From the NCBI GenBank assembly GCA_002633005.1, contig NMRA01000356.1, positions 127,693 to 191,692 of the forward strand: a stretch of 64,000 bases of DNA, in the 5' to 3' direction. This document shows positions 38,492-50,500 of the stretch, in pieces; the stretch's first letter is position 1; every line of letters begins with the position of its first letter. The notes beneath the pieces were generated by a model that ran no database searches, had not been told where the DNA came from, and saw nothing but the letters and a program-made list of their open reading frames with translations. Both the position numbers and the translations under genes were made by a program. Source of the DNA: Phoronis australis. Lineage: Eukaryota; Animalia; Phoronida.

Positions 38492-38525
<34 letters not shown>

Positions 38526-38526
38526 N

Positions 38527-38578
<52 letters not shown>

Positions 38579-41500
38579 TCTTATGCCCCACCACTTGTAG
38601 TGGATGTTAAGAGGGTGTAGGATGTCATCTTGACAAGGAGTACACAATGACTCCTGTGTTGCTCTAAATGGGTGGACATGACATATAGGGTCATGCAGGG
38701 GTCACTCAGGGAGCATGTCAAGTTCTTAAGGTTATATAGAACCATATGGACATGTCTGTGTATGTTACCAAATAGAATATCGACAAAAGTATATTATTTC
38801 CTTTGTCAACAAAAGTATTATTATCTTGAAATAGCAAGCCAGTAAAATTTGATTTGTGATGCTTTACTAATCTTCCATTGATTGGGTCACGTGACCATGT
38901 ATTTTTATTGAAATTTAGCAAAAAAGTACATTCTCAGCAAAACAGTGGTACAAATTACGTGACCAAATCTCAGTTGGTATAAATGTTCAAGATCTCAAAA
39001 ATGTTGTTACGTTTTTCTGGATTAGTTCATTTTCATTTTATGCAACTTTAAAGTTCTTTCATAAAAATGAAAGAACTATTTTTGATGGCCTCTTGTGAAA
39101 ATGTTGCATTTTAAAAGCAATTCCTAACATTGTTTTGCAGAATAGTGCATAATGAATAGTGCGTAGCGAGTAGTGTGTAGCGAATAGTGAATAGTGCGGA
39201 GTGAATAGTGCCGAGCGAATAGTGCCGAGCGAATAGTGCCGAGCGAATAGTGTCGAGAGAAAAGTGTGTAATAAATAACATCTGAAAGTTCATAAGAATC
39301 CAACTTTCTGTTTCTGAGATATGACGTTCCAAAGTTATATAAATAAGGACTTTTTTGGGGTCCTACCTCTACATAACCTTAATAAAATGAGAAGTATTCG
39401 ATAACTGGCCAAAAACGTTTTCTCCTGTAGAGGGCGCATTGGCGAACCAATCACTTTCAAACTGGTCACATGTTTGTTGCTATTGATCAGCTTTTACAAA
39501 ATTTTGTTTAACCGGAAGTCACTTTCAAGATGGCGACTTAGTGCATTTTCACCATTTTCAATGTTCTGTGGTCGCATTTTTAACGGGAAGACCAAATGAC
39601 ATGAAGTTTTGCATTTGGATTCCTTGAAGTATACTCTTTCAAAAGTTCTGCAGGCTATTTCTTACTTATTTGTTGGCTAGTCACATAAATGTTATCGTGT
39701 TGTTCATAACCTCTGCCGTCATCGTCGTCGTCATCCTTCCCATCGTCCTGTTTTCGTGTAATTTCGCCAAGTGTCACTCCTCCAAGCACTCTCGCACTGT
39801 TGCCAGTTTACCGGGTGCATGAACAAGACTGCAGGCTATAAGTTCTTACTGATTTGTTGGCTAGTCACATGAATGTTATCGGGTTGTTCATAATCTCCGC
39901 CTTCGTTGTCATCATCGTCATCTTCGTCCTTCCCATCGTCCTGTTTTCACGTAATTTCGCCAAGTGTCGCTCTTCCGAGCGCTCTCGTTATTATTGCCAT
40001 CGTTGATATTGTTGTTATATATTGTTATTGTTGCCCTTGTTGTCACTACTGCCAGACTATCTTTACCTACTGGTTTTACAAAACAATTAGAATATTCATT
40101 TTGAACACTATTTAAAGCCTGGATAATTTCACAATCGTTTTGTCGTTGGTTAAAACGCTGTTTTTCCTTGCTGTGTAAAATTGAAAGAACTCAGAATGTG
40201 GTTATGTTTGCTTTCATATTACATTTTCTTCATGTCTATTAATGGCAAGATTTTCTCACACAAAATGAATGGTCTGGCAAGATCTGCAGTGACTGTCTTA
40301 ACAGCCGTGGCAATGCTAACTAAAGATTTTTAATTTTACAGACACTTTAATCCTGCTGGCTAGAAAATCGCGGCTAGAAAAATCAAGTATCCACCAGTTT
40401 TAGCTGTCCTTGAAAGAATATATTTTCTGAATCCTCGATTACTAAAGAATATTTATTCGTGCCTGAGTTAAAATATCACCTAATCATTTGCCATCCCGTG
40501 ACAGACATTTTTGCTGGCATTGCCATTTTTTAACACTAATTTATGGCTTTGAACAGTTTTAAATTAATTATACATTTTTACTGGCAAAATGCAGGGAACC
40601 GTATAGCATTGAAAATTTTGTTTTAATTAGTATTTGAAAAAAATGAATATTGACAATTGCCTTAAAATGTGTAAGACTTGGTGACTCTGTTTTGTTATTG
40701 CAGATATTCTCAGTACCCATAATTGCTGTATGCTTGGGCGTTGATGCCATCTTTTTTCCTCCCAGGAAATTACTACTCATGAAATATTTTTTGTTCTAAA
40801 GCCGTCTCAGCTTGTACTTGAAATAGTTGATTAACTGAATTGCCATTACTTAGATTTCATGAGTAAAGAAACTCGGTGAACTTATTTTTGTCAACTCAGT
40901 TATTGCTTGGCATCAGTAATAGCAATGCCTTTCTTAATTTAGTTTTATGATCTCTTACAATTCAGGATCTGATCAACTAATCAGATATTTTGAGGATCTA
41001 TTCCAAAATTCCATCCTAATAATATCTGCTGGTTCACAACTGATATGCTCGGTCCCAGGGTTGCCAAAAATGTTACTGAAAATTAGAGCTCGGCATTGGA
41101 CTGGGCAGAATGTAAGATACAAGACTAGGAAAATTATACAAAATTGGACATTCTTGGTTGGTGTTGACAAAAATCTCCCCACTGCAGCACTTTTATTTGT
41201 ATGGATAATAATCAGTGTGTATGGTCGTTGTTAGAAAATCGATGTTCTGGCCTCTGGTATTTTATTTGAATGTGCCTTGGTGGATTATGCATTGTTTTGG
41301 TCCCTGTGTTTTGCCTCTTCCTTATAGGCAATTTGATCTTTGCACATTTGATATAATACCGCCCTTTTTTGTTGATAGAGTACTGGTAAATGTTCTTGGG
41401 AATGAACCACTTTAGCACGAGAACAAACTTTTGTGGTCATTATTTTCTGTTTCAGCAGAAGTAGCTGTATTGTATATGTTTGCTTGAAATGAAAATATCA

Positions 41501-44500
41501 TGTAAATGGTATTACTGTGACAGTTTTATCTACAAAGCCTTCTGTCCTCTATTTCTATCTCTTGACTGTTGCCACAACTTTAGAATGAGCTTGTCTATTC
41601 AGTCCCTGGCTCGGCTGATTCTGCAACACTCATGATTGCCCAGGGTAGTATAAAATTCAAAATCTAATCACCCTGTAGTTTCCTCTCCACCAGATGTCAC
41701 TCTTTAAGTACAATTATTGTTCACTTATTTAACACAAGATTATTTTTTATTAGTTTATTTAGTTCACAGTCAAGTAAAATGACTTACAAGAAGAACAAAA
41801 TGCAAATACGGTCAAAATTGGCAAAATTGAGAGTGCCCTTTTGGCCCAGAGATGACATAATAGAAAAGAGGAATTTGTCAAAATTTTTATCAAAATAACT
41901 GTTCAAAAATTTGCTATCATCGTTTACAATGCATGTTCTGTATCAATTGCTAAACAAGTCTGAACATTTTTGTAGCAATTATTTTTGTGTGAAAGAACTA
42001 GACCTAGAATTATCACTTGTCATTTAGATTTACGTTTTCAATGCAGACTAAATAGCTCACAAAAATCTCTCAACAATATTGCCTAGTTTGGGCTGTAGTA
42101 GTTCTGTTGAGGTGAAAGGATAGCTTTTGTTTAACATGAGCCCAGTCTTTGTTGATTATCAGTGAGAGTTTATCACAAGTTTGTACTTGGAGATAACCAC
42201 CTGTAGTCACCTGCTGCCATTCCCATGATATCATTCTACATGTGACCAAGATTATATTCAACCGATTCCATCTGTTTTCATCAGATGTAATGACAGGAAA
42301 ATTGTAGCAATATTTTAGCTTTAAATAATGCACATTTTAGTTTTAAAACAACTTAGAGCCTGCGCAAATAAGGGATGTGAACAGTTTAGTCTGGAAAGAG
42401 TGACTGAAGGGATAACTTTGAAATGGGATTTAATTTTTTTTTCGTGCTTAGTACATGCATTATGATAAATATTACAAAAAATAATTCCTCTAGAGAGTAA
42501 TTTGGGCATTTTTCAAGTAGCAATTTTGTTTTTATATAGCACATTTTGTTGTTGAACTTCACAGGTTTCTGCTTCATACTGTATAATCTAACCACCCATG
42601 GAGCACAGACAGCTAACTGGTTGTCACCAGAATTGTCTCAGCAATATGTAAATGCCTGTGTTTGGATTGGCAGTATTATTTCCAAAGAATTACTGAAAAG
42701 TCAGATGAATTTGCTTATACTTAGCAGAACAAACCCTATTGATTTCAGGTGAATCCAGCTTAAGACAGGATTTGTATTTTAAAAACCTTTGAGGATTCTT
42801 CGACTTGAGGTCATTTTGATTTCCTGACCTTTATGTGTGTTAACGTCTCATACTCATTACCATATTCCAAGATTGTATCTCATTCAGTTTCTATGTATTG
42901 TCATGAATAACAATTGAAGCTATGATTGGCCACTAATAATAAATGAAATTTTGTATATTTAAGTGAATAAGCTTACATTCTGAACTGTATTTGATGGGAT
43001 ATTACCTGTCAGTAGCCAGCCAGTGATAAGATGTAGTGTTAGGTTTGTAATAAGTAAACAGTCTTGTGCTTTTTTGTCATGATGCAATATCATCGCCGAT
43101 TTTTCTGGATAAACCAGACCTGAGTTATCGGTGAGTATACCTCACTTCACTGAGTAATCATCAGCTACAGATGGTTAGGTTCTGATCACACATGTTGAAC
43201 CCACCCTAGCTACCAAATAGGTGACACTACTTTGTGGTTTAATTGTCATGATGTGATGTATTATTGGTATGTTGATTGCAGGGCTCCACAAGTCATTGTG
43301 ATGCAGCTATGCCTCCATTGGCCTCATGTGAATGTCACTATAATGAATCTGGTAAGAAATTTTTTCTGGAGCAAAATTCTCAAATTTTAATTAACGTGTT
43401 AAAACATGTTGACATAGTAAAGATACGTGGTAGACCACAAACATATTTTTGTAGGTGCTAATTAAATCACCATGTTATGATAGAAAAGTTTCTATATGTT
43501 TCTAATTTTACATTCTTATTTCTGTTGCTTCAGTCTGTATTTTGTGAATTTAGTTAATATGCTGCTTCAAATTTTGACAAAAGTAAGTGCCATGTTGCCA
43601 TTTTTACTTTGGAAGGCTTCATAACATTGGTGCAAATACTCAAATAGTATAGTGTACCATGTGCTCTTTTATAATGAAGCAATTGTTCTTAAGACCGTGT
43701 GTAACAAAAAATGCCTAACAGTGGTTTGGATATCTGTACTTCTGCCATGATAGTATATGATAGTTTTGTTTGAATCTGGTTCAGTCTTTTGCGAGATTTG
43801 GTGTTGTGAAGTTACTGCCAGATGTGGACTGTTCTCTTGGGTTACACAATTTTTAACACTTCTTTTTCATTTATTGAGAAATTACATCAGGTACAGTTAG
43901 TGTTTTGTGTCTTTTTGCCATGTTGTCTCTAATCTGGAGGTTTTGCAGTATTTATAGTTTTCTTCTTAAAGACCTGGTACCTTGTAAAACTGGTGCAATT
44001 ACTCCGTTCTATCATTAATAGCCATTGCTAGTTTTTCTTTTAAACTCAACTGTTCCCTACAAAGCAATTAAACATCAGATATTGATGAGGTTTCCAGTTT
44101 CATATAAGATATGGCTCTGCAGGCAGGCAGCCAATATGTTAGCAGATGTGCCAATAACTTGACAAACTATGATGTATGCATTTTGAAGGAAATTTCATTT
44201 TCTTTTTATTGTATTTGCCTGTTTAATTCTTCACAATATGTTCTTTGAAAATCATTCTCTAATCCTTACAGGATTCATTCCCCCATTGCCTAGGTTGGAC
44301 ATCTTACACAGGATCCCTCTAACATTAGGCTGGCCCAATAATGAAGACTCGCTGGTGTGCCTAAACTGTGTCTACGTGTTGCAAAGGTTCCGTAACAACT
44401 CGGTCAATGCAAAATGGGAGCACATCATGACTGTAAGTCTTGTTACTTGTTGAAAGGAAATTTCTCTTAGTCTGTGGCTTTGTCACAAAATTTGTTTGTT

Positions 44501-47500
44501 TTTTGCTTTTTGTTCACATGCTGCTGATCATAATTCTTATTAGATCAAATAAAATTTACACACGTTTTTTTATGAATGGCTCGAAGTCTATAGCTCTTTC
44601 TTACAATTGGACGTAAGATGACACTGCAGTAGCCATTTTTTCCTTCTTTTATTTGCAGAACCATGGCTCTGCTGTTTCTGGTGGGATTTTTATTTTTTTT
44701 CTGTGGACAGTTCATTTTAAGGGCTATCACAAATGTGCCATTTGTTTTTCTCTAGATCTTACCATTCTCGAGTTATTTGATGTTTTCCGAGTACCTCTCT
44801 CTAATTAAATGCATTTTTTGCCGTGTTTTTGGCATCCCTTGACGGATCTGTCTGAAAGTTTGGTGTGTGGATTTATTGTTTAAAGCACAGTCAGCATTTT
44901 GAAACCTGTTTGTGAGATTGGAAAATTCAAAGATCAGGCAAAGCATTCAGTTGAGCAACGGCGTTGAAAAACAATGATAAAAATGTGTATTTTCCCACTC
45001 AAATATCGTAACGTGCCACAGAGACTGAGTGTTTATTAGCCAAAGATAAATGGATTGCATGCATTTTAGGAGCTAGTAATTTTTTTGTGAGACAAGTTTT
45101 CACAAAGACATTGGCATTTTTAAGGACTCTCGATTATATTAGGAGTAGGTGCTAAGTTGAGTATGGTCATTTAAGAAATTGGAAAGTTTCGGGTGAACAC
45201 TAATCTGGATGCATGAGTGGAAAGTAGTACAAGAATAACATTTTTTCTAAGAATGCTATGTTTTGTTGTTTCTACAAAATGATCCCATGTCACAGGTATT
45301 TTCAACATGTTTTCTAAGTGTCCGCTGATCAGAATTGCTATTTGTATGGCTTCTCATTTTTTTCTCACTGGCTCAAAGGTGTTCTATATTTTTGAAGTTT
45401 CTAAAATGCGAGTCTCATCATAATTTGCAGACCACGGACGTACAGTATGAGTCTGATGATAATTGTCAACCACAATTCTATCGTTTGGCAGCTGTCAGTC
45501 CAGATGGGTGCATGGGCTTCTCAGACATCTTACCTGTTGCAGGTGAGCTAATGGGGATTTGTTACTAAATAATCATACTAAAAGATAGTGACTTGTGGAA
45601 ATCTAGGAAATGTCTGCTGGTATACAGCAAAGTTTAATTATCAGTTCTAGTTAAAGATAATGTCTGCTTGTATAAGGAGCCATTTATGATAGATGGTTAA
45701 CTCGGTCCAAAAAGTAATGTCATGATCAAGCTTTTCATCAGTGGATAAAAATAGTTCATCTCTGATAAAGAAGCGGAATGACTTCCTCTTATTCAGGTTT
45801 GTTGGTACCTGATCCTGTTTATGGCCTTCAGTGGACTTCAAACATCATGTACAAAGATGGTTATTTTGAAGCTGCCATTACATGGGGATTGCCCAGGGGT
45901 AAGTATGTGATATTCAGGTGCCTTGTACTTGTGATTACCTTTTTTCAACAGAAACAAGTCTAGCAAGTAAGCAATTGTTGAGTTGTCACTCTCAGCAATA
46001 GTGTGTTGTATAGTTCAATCTGAGTGCTTTCCGTAGATGCAAGAAACACGCTAAGCACTAGTGTCAACAAATCTTTGCTTATGTAGCAGAAACTTGCAGT
46101 AGATTCAACAACATTATTCAACATTCCAACATCAGCGACCAAACAGTGGCTGTGCTAATGGTGTTCTAATGAAATCCCAAGCATACCCACGAAATGTGCA
46201 TTTCACTGGCGCAATTTTGCTTTTTTGCATGGAATGCAGTTCTGGTGTTAGTCAACACTAAGTGAGCCAAAGGTGACCTATTTTGGGGTATTTATGTTAC
46301 AGGCTGGTCAGAAGAGGAAATCCAGAAGTATGATATTTCATCCAAAGTGGTTAATAAAGAGCCTGGCAGTGTGATCGCAGCACCAATCTTTAAGGTGACA
46401 AGTCAAGCACTTTGCCTGGTCCACATTACCATGTACTGGGTCAATATATACTAGAACAGCTTTTGCCAAGTACCAACTATCTTGGAAACGCTGGTCTAAG
46501 TTCCTGTGGTGTAAAGCAGAGCAATTAACCCATTAGAAATGGCTTCAACAGTAACTTTTTCAATTATGGTTGAAAAATGAATCGTGCGTCAACATGCATG
46601 ATTTGGGTGTCTGTTTTATGAAAAGTGAGTGAAGAAGTAAGTCAGAAATTTTGGTTTACGCTCCCACATCACAGATCCCTACACAAAGGGCTGCTCAGAA
46701 CGCTAAACAGTAGATAAGATAGATATCGGGATTTAAAACCCCAAGTGTGTCCTGAAAACAACCTGAACAGGATATTTTGGGATGATCTTTAGTCGCTTTG
46801 TTTTATACTGTTTTGACATTGATTGTAGACGTTGTCATCCTCTTCACTACTCCCACCGTCATCATCGTTATCCGTGTTGTTTTGTGTTCAATTTCACCTT
46901 CTGGTTGAATGCATGTAGCGCCACCTTGGGCCTATTTTTGTCATCATAATGTCAGCATGATGGTCATCTTCAACCTCGGCATCATTATGAATGTCTTGTG
47001 TTACTATCATCTTTGTTGGTGTCATCATCATCATTATTGCCAATATTTTTTTCTAGTCTATTTCACGAAGTGCTATCTTTGTAAAACACTTTCATACTTC
47101 TATTCTCAGCCACTGTAATGCAATATTGTCAGTGGTGTAAATATTATGTTCTTTGGCCTATTGTTTGTGCTTGTGTTAAATTTTATACGTTTTCTCTTCT
47201 TGCAGTTAACTGGCAATAATTCAATGGTCATCAAACTTTTCAAAACCACCTATGGGATGGTTTATGAACTACACATCCTAGCCGTTTCTCATTGTTCAAT
47301 AAAGGGGGAGCCTGCAGTACTACGCATGGATCTAATGGATTGTAACACTATTCAAAACTTTGAATGTCCTAATGCACCAACTACTCCAGGTAAGAAGTAA
47401 CTACAATCTAATTAAGGACAACTTATGACCAATCTAAAAAAGACATAAGAAAGTTCCTTTGAAGTGATTTATTTTCTCTGGCACCTGTTGAGAACACCTA

Positions 47501-50500
47501 ATATGGCAGTTAAGGGATTTTTTTCATAAGTGATAAGCAGTACAAAATAAATGCTCTCTATTTTTAGTTATACACCATGCCTTCCATCAGAACGTGTTTT
47601 GTGAAATTATGGCCTCGTACAATGTGTGAAGTTTTGAAATAGAAACATCTATTTTGCAATTATTTTTGTCTGAATATGGTGCCGTAAAATGAGTGGCAAT
47701 AGAAAATTGGAGCTGGGTAAACCTAAAATGGAAGGTAGTGTGCAAAATGCAGCACTCACAAAATATCAATGCCAGTCGAGGCAAGTGATGCATGAGACAC
47801 AGTAAAAGTAATGTGGCAAAATTTTAGGTCCGTCTGGGTTTGTCATTCCAGCTGCTTTCATCATGAACTACATTGCACCCAGCTGTCCAGCTTGTCATAT
47901 TGTCCAGTGTCCTCACTGATTGAAACTTTTGGTGACGTAAAACTAATTTATTGTCATTGTCATGTTTAGTGTAATAATACTATTTGATTTTGTACTGTGT
48001 CCTGTAAAATAACATGGTCACCAGTAGTGTGACAAGAAGAGTGGAAGGGTGCCTGGGAAATTCACAGCATTGTGGGTAAATTATTCAAATGTTTAGTCTC
48101 ACTGTTGTATTTAGGATGTTCCGTTGTTTTTTGTCCTTGATGGACTGAACAACTGATTACAACAAAGCTTTTGTGGATTTTATACTAGACATTTTATAGC
48201 AGTATGTAACAGGCAAAAATTCCTCCCTTTTTTCTCATTATTTTTTCTATGATTGTCAATGTGAAAGCATAGGGCATCAAATGACTCTACTCTGTAAGGC
48301 ATTTGGTATATTCTTCAGTAAATCATTTCTAATCATTAACTGCCTCTAACTACTTGGTATAATTCCTGCTGTTTCAGCAGGACCTCCAGAGTTGGCCGGA
48401 TCACCAACCATCAGATATGATGAGGACAATGACAATGTGTTTATTGTCTCCTGGCGGTCTGACTCTAGCCATGTTGATAGATATGCTCTACAGTGGGGGA
48501 CATATTATACCTTCATGATGTTCGTCTTGTTTGATCGTATTATTAATGAAACCATTCTGTGGACTGTAAGTAACATTTGTGAATACTTGATGTATTTTTT
48601 CTTTTAAAGTTTGGATTTTGTTGTCTGGTGAGTGTCAGCAACAGCGTGTGCTACACATTTTGTCTTCCTATCCACGTGACAGCTGGTCGAGTCAAATTTT
48701 GATGGACAGAGCTGACTATGACTGCCCGATAGTGGCAATCTTATTTTTTGTACGTGACTCAATGAATCAATGATATACATTTTTTGATGGATCACATTTG
48801 TGTTGTGCCCATTAGTAACAATTTTTAGCATTTCGGAGCTTGCTTAGATTCTTCTTATCTGAAGTACTTCACGGTAATTCACATTTGTCAAAACTTTCCT
48901 TTTAGTTGACATTTTAATAGTATGTACCCTTAAAAACACTTGTATTAATTTGAACAGGGTATGTCTTATACACTTATTGGAAGTAGTACGGTGTACATTA
49001 GATAGGGCTCAGTTGATAAAGATATTTGTTTTGTTTAACAGCCAAAAGATATTTGTTTTGTTTAACAGCCAGTCACATCTGCTCGCATTGACACCAGCGA
49101 ATATCAAGGCAAGGACATTGGTGTTAGGGTACGTATGACATGGTCTTTCCAACAAGCGGTTTTTAAGTTTGAAGAATAAGTTCATAGTAAATACCTAATG
49201 ATTTTTTTCAAAAGTGTCATTGAGTAAGTATTTGTGTCATAAAAATTCTATTCACACTGTTGAATACACTTTCCAAAAGTATTTTTTGTTGCATCTTACA
49301 TTTGAGACATGATGGATAACCCAGTTATGGGTGAAAAGTCCAAGTTTTTCATGTTTTCTGCTTTTTTTATATAGACAACTATTGATGTCCGCATTCAAAG
49401 TTTTAATCTCTCAGAAATAGACAACCTTCATATAACTATGAATTGCATTATGATTTAGATTGTGCCTTTGGCTGAGGGGCAAGCTCCACCCACTTCTGAC
49501 GACTTTGGCTTTTCAAAGATCTGGCGTCTGAATGACCCCAGTAAGTGAGCTTTTATAACAGTATACTGTCTAATTTTTATGCGCCCACATATTTATATGT
49601 GGACGCATTATGCCGTCATCTCTGTCCGTCCGTCCGTCCGGGCGGCGTCCGTCCGGCGTCCGCTGCTCTATATCCAAAACCCTTTGACATACGTTCATGA
49701 AATTTGGCACATATGTTCCATTCATGAATGGGACGGCATGTGCGAACTTTCGGACGGATCCGACTACCGGTGTGCCCCCTAGTGGCAATTTTAGTTTTTT
49801 ACGCTTACCTTTGTATCTTCAAAAGTCCTGAACGGATTTTCATGAAATTTGGTATGTAGGCACCTAGTAGTGAGATGACGCTATCCTGCCGTTTTCGGAT
49901 GGATTCGACATAGTTTGCGCCACCTAGTGGCCATTTTTACTGTTTTCGAGTCTGTTTTTGTGCTTCCACCCCTCTATCAACCAAACCGCTCAAAGGATGA
50001 TTGTGAAAATTGGCATGTATGTGCTTACTATGTAGAGGACGGTTGACGATGATTTTCCGACGATTTCGACTACTGTGGCGCCTCCTAGTGGCAGTTTTGT
50101 TTTTTTTGCGCCTATGGCTGTATCTCCTAAACCGTTCGCAGGATCTTTACGAAATTGTGTAAGTATATTTATATGATGTTAACAACGGAAGATGACGACT
50201 TTTGGACGGATCCGACTACCGGTGTGCCCCCTAGTGGCAATTTTAATTTTTTTACGCTTACCTTTGTATCTTCACAAGTCCTTATTGGATTTTCATGAAA
50301 TTTGGTATGTAGGCACCTATTAGTGAGATGACGCTATCCTCCCGTTTTCAGATGGATTCGACATAGTTTGCGCCACCTAGTGGCCATTTTTAGTGTTTTC
50401 GAGTCTGTTTTTGTGCGTCCACCCCTCTATCAACCAAACCGATCAAAGGATGATTGTGAAAATTGGCATGTATATGCTTACTATGTAGAGGATGGTTGAC

